A stretch of 64,000 bases of DNA from Felis catus (Eukaryota). Under the pieces are notes generated by a model, which worked only from the letters and a program-made list of their open reading frames with translations, was not told the DNA's origin and did not search any database. Position numbers and translations under genes: made by a program. Shown one piece after another: positions 1 through 13,383 of the stretch (its first letter is position 1; each line of letters begins with the position of its first letter). Location: contig NC_058383.1 of the NCBI RefSeq assembly GCF_018350175.1, positions 24,368,001-24,432,000 of the forward strand. Direction: 5' to 3'.

Positions 1-59
1 ACCCAAAACTAATATTATACTGTATGTTAACTAACTGGAATTTAAATAAAACTTTTTAA

Positions 60-1660
60 AAAACCCCAGTGGCATCTTTTGCAGAAACAGAAAAACGATC
101 TTAAAATCCATATGAAATTGCAAAGAACCTCAAATAGTCTAAATGATCTTCAGCAAAGAGAACAATTGCTCTTGTGAGCTGGAGGCCTCACAATTCCTGG
201 TTTCAAAATATGTTGCAAAGTTACAGTAATCAAAATAGTATGGTACAGTAGCAGCATAAAGACACCATAGAGGGGCACCTGGTGGCTCAGTCAGTTAAGC
301 ATCCAACTCTTGCTTTTGCTTCAGGTTTGTGGGATCAAGCCCTGCATCGGCCACTGTCATTGCAGATCCTGCTTTGGATTCTCCCCCTCAAATAAATAAA
401 TAAACATAAAAAAAAAGACAGACATAGAGACCAACATAACAGCCAGCCCAAAGTAAAATTCTCACATATCTGGTCAAATGACCTTCAACAAGGGCACTAG
501 GAGAGAGGACACACTCTTCAAAACAAATGGTGCTGGATAAACTGGATATCCACATGCAAAATAATGAGGCTGGATCCTTATCTTATACTATATACAAAAG
601 TTAAATCAAAATAGATTAAAGACCTAAACATAATACCTGAAGCTATAAAACTCTAGAAGAAAACATACAGCAAAATCTTTGTGACATTAGATTTGACAGT
701 GATTTACTGGATATGATACCAAAAGCATAGGTGACAAAAGCAGAAGACAGACAAATGAGATGACTTTAAACTGAAAGGCTTGTGCACAGTGAAGGAAACA
801 ATCAACAGTGAAAGAGCAATCTATGGAACGGGAGGAAATATTCACAAACCATATAACTGATAGAGGATTAATATCCAGAATATATAAAGAACTTCTCTAA
901 CTCAACAACAAAAATAAGCCTATTAAAAAAATGGGCAAAGGACTTGAATAGACATTTCTCCAAAGAAAACACAGATGGGTCAAAACACACCAGAAAAAGC
1001 ATTCAATTTCGCTAATCATCAGGGAAATGCATATCCAAAGCAAAATGAGATACCACTGCACAACTGTTAGGATGGCCACTACCAAAAAAACCCAGAAAAG
1101 AACAAGTGTTAGTGAGGATGTAAAGAAATTGGAATCCTTGTGCATTGTTGGTAGGGATATAAAATGGTGCACAGTACAGAGGTTTCTCAAAATACTAAAA
1201 TAACAGTCATATGATCCAGCAATCCCACTTCTTAGCATATATCCAAAAGAATTGAAAAAAGATCTCAAAGAGATCATTTACATACTCATGTTTACTGTAG
1301 CATTATTCATAATAGCCAAGAGGTGAAAGCAACCCTCCACAAATGAATGGATAAACAAAATGTAGTATACTATTCAGCCTTTAAAAAAGAGCAATTCTGT
1401 CATATGCTACAACATAGAGGCATTCTGATGACACTAGGCACAAAAAGACAAGTAATGCGTGATTCCATTTACATTAGGAATCTGATGTAGATACAAAGAA
1501 ATACAAAGTAGAATCTTGGTTTGCAAGGGACGGAAGGAGAGGAAAATTAGGAATTGTTTAATGGGTAGCATTTCAGGTTTGCAACATTAAAAGTTTTAGA
1601 AATGTGTTGCACAATGTGCCTATAATTAACAATGTTGTATTATGTACTTAAAAAGTTAAG
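60..1660 (+). mobile_element. Old L1 (L1MA/MB-like) ORF2 3' part and 3'UTR, interrupted by a SINE
   Basis: Degenerate ORF2 C-terminal motifs (caaatggtgctggataaactgg, tatgatccagcaatcccacttct); 1-60 is the tail of another L1. Confidence 0.85.
272..415 (+). mobile_element. Can-SINE (short)
   Basis: ggggcacctggtggctcagtcagttaagc head, A-rich tail. Confidence 0.85.
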
Positions 1661-1666
1661 AAAGTG

Positions 1667-1870
1667 AGAGCACCTGGGTGGCTCAGTTGGTTAAGCATGT
1701 GATTCCTGAAGCCCAGGTGCCATCTCCTGGTTCATGAGTTTGAGCCCTGCGTTTGGGCTCTGCAATGACAGAGCGAAGCCTGCTTCAGACTCTCTCTCTC
1801 CCTCTCTCTCTGCCCCTCCCCCATGCTCGATCTCGCTCTCTCTCTCTCTCAAAATAAATATTTTTAAAAA
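1667..1870 (+). mobile_element. Can-SINE
   Basis: tRNA-like head, (CT)n, AATAAA tail. Confidence 0.9.
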
Positions 1871-2171
1871 CTATATCACTTTTAAATTTCACTGAACTAA
1901 TTCTGATCTAATTTCACTAATTCTGACCACCTATCCTCAGCTGATTTAATCGGCTAAAGTCCTAATAATTAATATCACAGAATCTTAGTGTAAGGGACCT
2001 AAAAGGTCACCTAGTCCAAACATTCGTTTTCAGAAGAAGAAACTTGACAAAGAAGAAACCCTGAGTATTTAGGATCATAAAGCTACTGGTTAACAGTCTG
2101 AACAAAACAACACCAAGCCACCTAACTCCCAGTCACCACACTCTAATGAAAGAGTATCCCTTCATATCAAA

Positions 2172-5100
2172 TTTTTTTTTTTTTTGGCTCCCAGGTTTCA
2201 TTTTTTTTTTCAATATATGAAGTTTATTGTCAAATTGGTTTCCATACAACACCCAATGCTCATCCCAAAAGGTGCCCTCCTCAATAACCATCACCTACCC
2301 TCCCCTCCCTCCCACCCCCCATCAACCCTCAGTTTGTTCTCACTTTTTAAGAGTCTCTCATGCTTTGGCTCTCTCCCACTCTAACCTCTTTTTTTTTTTC
2401 TTCCTTCCCCTCCCCCATGGGTTTCTGTTAAGTTTCTCAGGATCCACATAAGAGTGAAACCATATGGTATCTGTCTTTCTCTGTATGGCTTATTTCACTT
2501 AGCATAACACCCTCCAGTTTCATCAATGTTGCTACAAAGGGCCATATTTCATTGTTTCTCATTGCCACGTAGTACTCCATTGTGTATATAAACCACAATT
2601 TCTTTATCCATTCATCAGTTGATGGACATTTAGGCTCTTTCCATAATTTGGCTATTGTTGAGAGTGCTGCTGTAAACATTGGGGTACAAGTGCCCCTATG
2701 CATCAGTACTCCTGTGTCCCTTGGGTAAATTCCTAGCAGTGCTACTGCTGGATCATAGGGTAGGTCTATTTTTAATTTTCTGAGGAACCTCCACACTGTT
2801 TTCCAGAGTGGCTGCACCAATTTGCATTCCCACCAACATTGAAAGGGGGTTCCCGTTTCTCCACATCCTCGCCAGCATCTATAGTCTCCTGATTTGTTCA
2901 TTTTGTCCACTCTGACTGGCGTGAGGTGATATCTGAGTGTGGTTTGATTTGTATTTCCCTGATAAGGAGCGATGTTGAGCATCTTTTCATGGGCCTGTTG
3001 GCCATCCGGATGTCTTCTTTAGAGAAGTGTCTATTCATGTTTTCTGCCCATTTCTTCACTGGGTTATTTGTTTTTTGGGTGTGGAGTTTGGTGAGCTCTT
3101 CAAAGATTTGGATACTAGCCCCTTGTCTGATATGTCATTTGCAAATATCTTTTCCCATTCCGTTGGTTGCCTTTTAGTTTTGTTGGTTGTTTCCTTTGCT
3201 GTGCAGAAGCTTTTTATCTTCATAACGTCCCAGTAGTTCATTTTTGCTTTTAATTTCCTTGCCTTTGGGGATGTATCGAGTAAGAAATTGCTACAGCTGA
3301 GGTCAGAGAGGTCTTTTCCTGCTTTCTCCTCTAGGGTTTTGATGGTTTCCTGTCTCACAGTCAGGTCCTTTATCCATTTTGAGTTTATTTTTGTGAATGA
3401 TGTGAGAAAGCGGTCTAGTTTCAATCTTCTGCATGCTGCTGTCCAGTTCTCCCAGCACCATTTGTTAAAGAGACTGTCTTTTTTCCATTGGATATTCCTT
3501 CCCGCTCTGTCAAAGATTAGTTGGCCATACATTTGTGGGTCTAGTTCTGGGGTTTCTATTCTATTCCATTGGTCTATGTGTCTGTTTTTGTGCCAATACC
3601 ATGCTGTCTTGATGATGACAGCTTTGTAGTAGAGGCTAAAGTCTGGGATTGTGATGCCTCCTGCTTTGGTCTTCTTCTTCAAAATTACTTTGGCTATTCG
3701 GTGCCTTTTGTGGTTTCATATGAATTTTAGGATCGCTTGTTCTGGTTTCTAGAAGAATGCTGGTGCAATTTGGATTGGGATTGCATTGAATGTGTAGATA
3801 GCTTTGGGTAGTATTGACATTTTGATAATATTTATTCTTCCAATCCATGAGCATGGAATGTTTTTCCATTTCTTTATATCTTCTTAAATTTCCTTCATAA
3901 ACTTTCTATAGTTTTCAGCATACAGATCTTTTACATCTTTGGTTAGATTTATCCCTAGGTATTGTATGTTTCTTGGTGCAATTGTGAATGGGATCAGTTT
4001 CTTTGTCTTTCTGTTGCTTCATTATTAGTGTATACGAACGCAACTGATTTCTGTACATTGATTTTGTATCCTGCAACTTTGCTGAATTCATGTCTCACTT
4101 CTAGCAGACTTTTGGTGGAGTCTATCGGATTTTGCAAGTATAATATCGTGTCATCTGCAAAAAGTGAACGCTTGACTTCATCGTTGCCAATTTTGATGCC
4201 TTTGATTTCCTTTTGTTGTCTGATTGCTGATGCTAGCACTTCCAACCCTATGTTAAACAACAGCGATGAGAGTGGACATCCCTGTCGTGTTCCTGATCTC
4301 AGGGAAAAAGCTCTCAGTTTTTCCCCATTGAGGATGATGTTAGCTGTGGGCTTTTCACAAATGGCTTTTATGATCTTTAAGTATGTTCCTTGTATCCCGA
4401 CTTTCTCGAGGATTTTTATTAAGAAAGGATGCTGAATTTTGTCAAATGTTTTTTCTGCATCGATTGGCAGGATCATATGGTTCTTATCTTTTCTTTTATT
4501 AATGTGATGTATCACGTTGATTGATTTGCGAATGTTGAACCAGCCCTGCATCCCAGGATGAATCCCACTTGATCATGGTGAATAATTCTCTTTACATGCT
4601 GTTGAATTTGATTTGCTAGTATTTTATTGAGAATTTTTGCATCCATATTCATCAGGGATATTGGCCTGTAGTTCTCTTTTTTTACTGGGTCTCTGTCTGG
4701 TTTAGGAATCAAAGTAATACTGTCTTCATAGAATGAGTCTGGAAGTTTTCCTTCCCTTTCTATTTTTTGGAACAGCTTGAGAAGGATAGGTATTATCTCT
4801 GCTTTAAATGTCTGGTAGGACTCCCCTGGGAAGCCATCTGGTCCTGGGCTCTTATTTGTTGGGAGATTTTTGATAACTGATTCAATTTCTTCGCTGGTTA
4901 TGGGTCTGTTCAAGCTTTCTATTTCCTCCTGATTGAGTTTTGGAAGGGTGTGGGTGTTTAGGAATTTGTCCATGTTTTCCAGGTTGTCCAGTTTGTTGGC
5001 ATATAATTTTTCCTAGTATTCCCTGATAATTGCTTGTATTTCTGAGGGATTGGTTGTAATAATTCCATTTTCATTCATGATTTTATCTATTTGGGTCATC

Positions 5101-8100
5101 TCCCTTTTCTTTTTGAGAAGCTTGGCTAGAGGTTTATCAATTGTGTTTATTTTTTCAAAAAACCAACTCTTGGTTTCATTGATCTGCTCTACAGTTTTTT
5201 AGATTCTACATTGTTTATTTCTGCTCTGATCTTTATTATTTCTCTTCTTCTGCTGGGTTTAGGCTGCCTTTGCCGTTCTGCTTCTATTTCCGTTAGGTAT
5301 GCTGTTAGATTTTGTATTTGGGATTTTTCTTGTTTCTTGAGATAGGCCTGGATTGCAATGTATTTTCCTCTCAGGACTGCCTTCACTGCATCCCAAAGCA
5401 TTTGGATTGTTGTATTTTCATTTTCGTTTGTTTCCATATATTTTTTAATGTCTTCTCTAATTGCCTGGATGACCCATTTGTTCTTTAGTAGGGTGTTCTT
5501 TAACCTCCATGCTTTTGGAGGTTTTCCAGACTTTTTCCTGTGTTTGATTTCAAGCTTCATAGCATTGTGGTCTGAAAGTATGCATGGTATGATCTCAATT
5601 CTCGTATACTTATGAAGGGCTGTTTTGTGACCCAGTATGTGATCTATCTTGGAGAATGTCCCATGTGCACTCGAGAAGAAAGTATATTCTGTTTCTTTGG
5701 GATGCAGAGTTCTAAATATATCTGTCAAATCCATCTGATCCAATGTATCATTCAGGGCCCTTGTGTCTTTATGGACCGTGTGTCTAGATGATCTATCCAT
5801 TTCCGTAAGTGGGGTGTTAAAGTCCCCTGCAATTACCACATTCTTATCAACAAGGTTGCTTATGTTTGTGATGAATTGTTTTATATATTTGGGGGCTCCC
5901 GTATTCGGCGCATAGACATTTATAATTGTTAGCTCTTCCTGATGGATAGACCCTGTGATTATTATATAATGCCCATCTTCATCTCTTGTTACAACCTTTA
6001 ATTTAAAGTCTAGTTTGTCTGACATAAGTATGGATACTCCAGCTTTCTTTTGACTTCCAGTAGCATGATAAGTAGTTCTCCATCCCCTCACTTTCAATCT
6101 GAAGGTGTCCTCAGGTCTAAAATGAGTCTCTTGTAGACAGCAAATAGATGGGTCTTGTTTTTCTTTATCCATTCTGTTACCCTATGTCTTTTGGTTGGCA
6201 CATTTAGTCCATTTATGTTCAGTGTTATTAAAGAAAGATATGGGTTTAGAGTCATTGTGATGTCTGTAGGTTTCATGCTTGTAGTGATGTCTCTGGTACT
6301 TTGTCTCACAAGATCCCCCTTAAGATCTCTTGTAGGGCTGGTTTAGTGGTGATGAATTCCTTCAGTTTTTGTTTGTTTGAAAAGACCTTTATCTCTCCTT
6401 CTATTCTAAATGACAGAGTTGCTGGATAAAGGATTCTTGGCTGCATATTTTTTCTGTTCATCATATTGGAAGATCTCCTGCCATTCCTTTCTGGCCTGTC
6501 AAGTTTCAGTAGAGAGATCGGTCACGAGTCTTATAGGTCTCCCTTTATATGTTAGAGCATGTTTATCCTGGCTGCTTTGAGAATGTTCTCTTTATCCTTG
6601 TATTTTGCCAGTTTCACTATGAAATGTCATGCAGAAGATCAATTGAAGTTACGTCTGAAGGGAGTTCTCTGTGCCTCTTGGATTTCAATGCCTTTTTCCT
6701 TCCCCAGATCAGGGAAGTTCTCAGCTATGATTTCTTCAAGTACACCTTCAGCACCTTTCCCTCTCTCTTCCTCCTCTGGAATGCCAATTATGCGTAGATT
6801 ATTTCTCTTTAGTGCATCACTTAGTTCTCTAATTTTCCCTCATACTCCTGGATTTTTTTTCTCTTTTTCTCAGCTTCCTCTTTTTCCATGATTTTATCTT
6901 CCAGTTCACCTATTCTCTCCTCCGCCTCTTCGATCCAAGCTGTGGTTGTCTCCATTTTATTTTGCAGCTCATTAATAGCATTTTTTAGCTCCTCCTGGCT
7001 GCTCCTTAATCCCTTGATCTCTGTAGCAATAGATTCTCTGCTGTCCTTTATACTGTTTTCAAGCCCAGCGACTAATTTTATGACTATTACTCTAAATTCA
7101 CTTTCTGTTATATTGTTTAAATCCTTTTTCATCAGTTCGTTAGCTGTCGTTATTTCCTGGACGTTTTTTTGAGGGGAATTCATCGATTTCGTCATTTTGG
7201 ATAGTCCCTGGAGTGGTGCGGAACTGCAAGGCACTTCCCTGTGCTGTCTTGAATAACTGGAGTTGGTGGGCGGGGCCACAGTCAGACCTGATGTCTGCCC
7301 CCAGCCCACCGCTGGGGCCACAGTCAGACTGGTGTGTACCTTCTCTTTCCCTCTCCTAGGGGTTGGAGTCACTGTGGGGTGGCATGGCCTGTCTGGGCTA
7401 CTTGCACACTGCCAGGCTTGTGGTTCTGTGGATCTGGCATATTAGCTGCGGTGGATGGGCAAGGTGCATGGGGGTGGGAGGGGCAGGCTCAGCTTGCTTA
7501 TCCTTTGGAGATTTACTTCGGAGGGGCCCTGCGGCACCAGCACCGGGAGGGAGTCAGACCCGCTGGAGGGATATATCCACAGAAGCACAGCGTTGGGTGT
7601 TTGCGCGGTGCAAGCAAGTTCCCTGGCAGGAACTGGTTCCCTTTGGGATTTTGGCTGGGGGATGAGCAAGGGAGTAGGCGCTGGTGAGCACCTTTGTTCC
7701 CTGCCAAGCTGCGCTCTGTCATCCGTGGCTCAACAACTCTCCTTCCCGTTGTCCTCCAGCCCTCCCATTCTCCAAGCAGAGCTGTTAGCTTATAACCTTC
7801 CAGATGTTAAGTCCTCCTTGCTCTCAGAACACACTCCGTCTGGCCCCTCCACTTTTGCCAGCCAGACTCGGGGGCTCTGCTTTGCTGGTGGGCCGCCCCT
7901 CCTCCCCGGCTCCCTCCTGCCAGTCCGTGTAGCGCGCACCGCCTCTCCGCCCTTCCTACCGTCTTCCGTGGGCCTCTCGTCTACGCTTGGCTCTGGAGAG
8001 TCCATTCTGCCAGTCTTCTGGTGGCTTTCTGGGTTATTTAGGCAGGTGTAGGTGTAATCTAAGTGATCATCAGGTTGCAGTAAGCCCAGCGTCCTCCTAC

Positions 8101-8113
8101 GCCGCCATCTTCC
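2172..8113 (-). mobile_element. Full-length felid LINE-1 (L1_Fc-like), inactivated by frameshifts and stops
   Basis: 5'UTR begins GGAAGATGGCGGCG (YY1-type motif); ORF1 from about 7195 (MTKSMNSPQK...); ORF2 from about 6255 with endonuclease (CCLQETH, SDH) and RT (LFADD) split over several ORFs; 3'UTR with AATAAA and poly(A); no TSD found. Confidence 0.95.
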
Positions 8114-8589
8114 TTCTGGTACCTTGAGTTCAAATCCTAACTCTCTCACAAGCTATATAATTTTCAGCCAAATAATTAGTCTATAGCTGCTTATCATCTG
8201 TAAAATCAGAAAAATCACAATATTTACCTTATAAGGTGTTCCCTGGGGTGATCTGCTACTATGGAGAGGGTGGCTAAAAGGCTATGTACTTTTCAGAAAT
8301 TGTGATAAAATACACATAACATAAAATTTGCCATTTTAACCATTTTTAAGCATTTCACGGCCTCATAGGTCTTTCAGAATCCAAAGTAGACTTCGAGATA
8401 TGCTAAGGGGGGAGAAGGATGTGGCGTCCATTGCATCAGTACTAAGAGGTGTCGCATCCTTTCAGTGAGTGAATCAGAAAGAGTAACCAGGGAATGTAGC
8501 AAGGAAGAGCATCACAAGTACTTCTGAACTTTCAGTGGCAAGCACTCATAGTAACACGGTTTCTGGCCAGGAGACCACAATGAAAGGTG

Positions 8590-8907
8590 CATACAACACC
8601 CAGTGCTCATCCCAACAAGTGCCCTCCTCAATGCCCATCATTGATATTCCCCACCCCCCAACCCTCAGTTTGTTCTCTGTATTTAAGAGTCTCTTATGGT
8701 TGGCTTCCCACTCTGTTACTTATTTTTCCTTCCCTTCCCCTACGGTCTTCTGTTAAGTTTTTCGAATTCCACATGTGAGTAAAAACATATGATACCTGTC
8801 TTTCTCTGACTGACTTATTCTACTTAGCATAATACCCTCTAGTTCCATCCATGTTGTTGCAAATGGCAAGATATTATTCTTTTTCATTGCCAAGTAGTAT
8901 TGCACTG

Positions 8908-8950
<43 letters not shown>

Positions 8951-11900
8951 CACATCTTCTTTATCCATTCATCAGTTCATGGACATTTGGGCTCTTTCCA
9001 TAATTTAGCTATTGTTGATACAGCTGCTATAAATATTGGGATGCACATACCCCTTCAAATCAGCGTTTTATATTCTTAGAATAAATTCCTAGTAGTGCTA
9101 TTGCGGGGTCGTAGAGTAGTTCTATTTTTAATTTTTTGACAAATCTCCATACTATTTTTCAGAGTGGCTGCACCAGTTTGCATTCCCAACAGTGCAAGAA
9201 GGTTCCCCTTTCTCCACATCTTCACCAACATCTGTTGTTTCCTGAGTTGTTAATTTTAGCCACTCTGACCAGTGTGAGGTGGTATCTAAATGTGGTTTGA
9301 TTTGTATTTCCCTGATGATGAGTGATACTGAACATCTTTTATGTGTCTGTTTGCCATCTGGATGTCTTTTTTGGAAAAGTGTCTATTCATGTCTTCTGCC
9401 CATTTCTTCACTGGGTTATTTGTTTTTCAGGTGTTGAGTTCAGTAAGTTCTTTATAGATTTTTATCCATTTACTCAATATGTCATTTGCAAACATCTCCC
9501 ATTGTCAGTTGCCTTTTAGTTTTGTTGATTGTTTCCTTTGCTGTGCAGAAACCTTTTACTTTCATGAGGTACCAATAGTTCGTTGACATGACCAATAGTT
9601 TGACCAATAGTTCAGAGACATGTCAAGTAAGAAGTTGCTGCAGCTGGATCAAAGAGGTTGTTGCCTATTTTCTCCTTGAGGATTTTGATGGTTTCCTGTC
9701 TCACATTTAGGTCTTTAATCCACTTTGAATTTATTTTTGTGTATGGTGTAAGTAAGTGGTCCAGGTTCATTCTTCTGCATGTTGCTATCCTGTTCTCCCA
9801 GCACCATTTGCTAAAAAGACCGTCTTTTTTCCATTGGATACTCTTTTGTGCTTTGTTGCAGATTAGTTGGCCATATATTTGTGGGTCTATTTCTGGGTTC
9901 TCTATTCTGTTCCACTGGTCTATGTGTCTATTTTTGTGCCACGCTATACTGTCTTGATGATTCCAACTTTGTAATACAGGCTAAAGTCTGGGATTCTGAT
10001 GCCTCCAGCTTTGGTTTTCTTTTTCAACATTACTTTGGCTATTTGAGGTCTTTTATGCTTCCATACAAATTTTAGGACCTTTTGTTCTAACTCTGTGAAG
10101 AATGCTAGTGCTATGTTGATTGGGCTTGAACTGAATGCGTAGATTGCTTTGGGTAGTATTGACATTTTAACGATATTTATTCTTCTAATCCATGAGCATG
10201 GAATGATTTTCCATTTCTTTGTGTCCCCTTCAATTTCTTTCATAAGCTTTCCATAGTTTTCAGCGTACAGATCTTTTACCTCTTTGATTACATTTATTCC
10301 TAGGTATTTTATAGTTCTTGATGCAATTGTAAATGGGATCGATAACTTGATATTTCTTTATGTTGCTTCATTATTGGTGCATAGAAATGCAACTGATTTC
10401 TGTACATTGATTTTATCTCCTGTGGTTTTGTGAATTCATGGATCAGTTCTAGCAGTTTTTTGGTTGAGTCTTTTGGGTTTTCCATGTAGAGCATCATGTC
10501 ATCTGCAAAAAGTGAAAGTTTGACTTCTTCTTTGCCAATTTAGATACTTTTTATTTCTTTTTGTTGCCTGGCTGGTGAGGCTAGGACTTCCAACACTATG
10601 TTAAACAACAGTGGTGAGAGTGGGCATCCCTGTTGTGTTCCCAATCTCAGGCGGAAAGCTCTCAGTTTTTCCCCATTGAGGATGATATTAGTTGTGGGCG
10701 TTTCATGTATGGCTTTTATGATGTTAAGTTATGTTTCTTCTATCCCAAATTTCTTGAGGGTTTTTATTAAGAGGGGATGCTGTATTTTGTCAAATGCTTC
10801 TACTGCATCTACTAACAGGATCATATGGTTCTTATCCTCTCTTCTATTAATGTGATGTATCATGGTGATTGATTCATGAATATTAAGCCAGGCTTGCAGC
10901 CCAGGAATGAATCCCACTTGATCATGGTGAGTAATTATTTTAGTGTACTGTTGAATTCCATTAGCCAGTATCTTGTTGAGAATTTTTCATCCATATACAT
11001 CAGGGATAATGGCCTGTAATTCTCCTCTTTAGGGAGGTCTTTGGTTTTAGAATCAAGGTAATGCTGGCTTCATAGTCTGCATCTGGCAGCTTTCCTTCTT
11101 TTTCTATTTTTTTTTTTTTTTTGGAACAGTCTGAGAAGACAAGGTATTAACTCTGCTTTAAGTGTCTGGTAGAATTCCCCCGGGAAGCCATCTGGCCCAG
11201 GACTTTTATTTGTTGAGAGATTTGTGATAACTGATTCAATTTCTTTGCTGATTATGGGTTTGTTCAAATTTTCTATTTTTTCCTGTTTAAGTTTTGATAG
11301 TGTGTGAGTGTCTAGGAATTTGTCCATGTTTTCCAGATTTCCAGTTTGTTGGCATATAATTTTTCATAGTATTCTCTAATAATTGTTTGCATTTCTGTGG
11401 GTGTTGGTGTGATCTCTCCTCTTTCATTCGTGATTCTATTTGGGTCCTCTCTCCTTTTTGAGAAGTCTGGCTGGGGGTTATCAATTTTGTTTATTCTTTC
11501 AACAAACCAGTTCTTCGATTCATTGATCTGTTCTACTGGTTTTTTTGGATTCTGTATTGTTTATTTCTGCTCTAATCTTTATTATTTCTCTTCCTCTGCT
11601 GGCTTTGGGTTTTATTTGCTGCTGTCTCTCTAGTTCCTTTAGCTCTGAGGTTACGTTCTAAATTTGGGACCTTCCTTGCTTCCTGAGATAGGCCGGGACT
11701 GCAATGTATTATCCTCTTAGGACTGCCTTTGCTGCACCCCAATGGGTTTAGACTGCCATGTTTCCATTTTTATTTGCTTCCATGTGTTTTTTTAATTTCT
11801 TCGTTAATTTTCTGGTTGACCCATTCATTCTTTAGTAGGATATTCTTTAACCACCAGGTGTGCTTTGATTTGTTCACTGAAGTAACTCTGAAAAAAAAGG

Positions 11901-12312
11901 GGGGAAGGTGGGGGGAAAGCCTTATCTCATACAAAGAGAAAAATGAAAGGGGCAGGGGAAAAAAAAAAAAAGACCAGGCAGAAAATCAAAGGAATTACAA
12001 GGCTTAATCCTAAGAGAGACAGAGGAAAATAAATAAAAAGGAGATACAGAAAAGGTGTAAAAAGAATAAAAATGCCTGATTAAACAATCAGAAGGAAGAA
12101 AGAAAGAAAGAAGAAAGAAAGGAAGGAAGGAAGGAAGGAAGGAAGGAAGGAAGGAAGGAAGGAAGAAAGAAAGAAAGAAAGAAAGAAAGATGTAGATAGA
12201 TAATAGGAATTGACCAAAAATCAAAACAGAAACTATAAGTCTGATTCCAAAGGAAAGGAAATGGGGGGGGGGGGGGGGGAAGCCAGCAAAAGGAAAAAGA
12301 AGGGAAAAGTGA

Positions 12313-12357
<45 letters not shown>

Positions 12358-13383
12358 TTAAAAAACAGACTAACACACAAAACCATAGAATAGTTCTCTG
12401 TTAGTGCCTGGGACCAGTGGCTGTGCTGGTCTGGAGGAGAGGCCATCTGGTTCAGTCAGTGCCAGTCCCGCTCCAGTTGATAAGCAGTTACCAGGCACAG
12501 AGGGGCAGAGTTTGGTATAAGCTGGTCCCACCTCAACTAGGGGCTGCTGTTCTGTTCTATGAAGCCCCATTGTGTTGGTGATGGGGAGAAAAATGGCGAC
12601 ACCCCAAACTCTCCTCCCTGGACTGGGTACATCAAACCACGCTGTTCAGGCCATCCTCAGAGAGTAGCATGGGGGCAAGCCAGCCAGCTTGTCCTGCTCC
12701 ACAGTCTCCTGTGCCTCCTAGGCGCTCGGCTGCGATTCAAAACCCAATGTCTTAAAGGATCCTGCTCTGCACAAACCTGGTTCTGGGGTAATGCCACTCC
12801 GCCCAGCCCACAAAGGGCCTCTGGATGGCGCCTGCAGGGTCTTTTATCCTTGGGAGGGCAATCAATCCTCTTCCCACAGTACTCAAGGGAGGGGACTGCT
12901 CTCTCCCAGTGTGCCCCTGAGATCACGACCACACAGAGTGCTGGCTCCCCTCCCCACCAGGCACACGCACATGGCAGGCTCTAGTCCAGAGAAAGTCGCA
13001 CACCCCTGAAAACTCTGATCTTTATCTCCTAAGGCTGTTTACAAAGTAGAATCTGGCTCTCTCCGTATTTTTTGTTCCCAGGTCCATGGTCCGGAGAGGT
13101 TTTTCTCTTGTCCAAGTACAATACCACACTTCCACAGCCTCTCTAGTTTCTCCACAGAAGGGGTCCCCTCTCTTCTGAGCATATGCCTCCTGTTTTATCT
13201 CTCCCAATTCGCCAACACGCACATCTGTCCTGCCAAGCTGTCTCTTTCCACCTGTGGATATTTTTCTGTCATTCTGCAGCCTGTATTCCTGGGTATTCCA
13301 AGTGTTTGGAACTCAATACAGGTGTGTTTGAGGGAGGAGGGAAATTCGGGTCCCCCTACTTCTCCGCCATTTTAGCTGCTCCC
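8590..13383 (-). mobile_element. Older carnivore LINE-1 with a different 5'UTR, lacking ORF1/endonuclease and its extreme 3' end
   Basis: Degenerate ORF2 fragments 8750-11850 homologous to the neighbouring L1; microsatellite-rich 5'UTR 11855-13383 beginning AAAATGGCGG on -. Confidence 0.88.
12090..12357. repeat. Compound (GAAA)/(GGAA)n, G-run and (AAT)n microsatellites inside the L1 5'UTR
   Basis: Direct read; a (CA)n tract also lies near 8910-8947. Confidence 0.9.

Noticed and set aside
2186..2200. GGCTCCCAGGTTTCA as the TSD partner of GGTACCTTGAGTTCA near 8118-8132
   Set aside because: Only 9/15 identical, too diverged for an L1 this well preserved.
2437..7372. Large minus-strand ORFs (327, 208, 185, 183, 181, 153 aa) as host genes or an active retroelement
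   Set aside because: They are frameshifted pieces of L1 ORF1/ORF2; no intact ORF2.
11922..12446. 174-aa hydrophobic poly-Leu ORF
   Set aside because: Translation of microsatellites in an L1 5'UTR.
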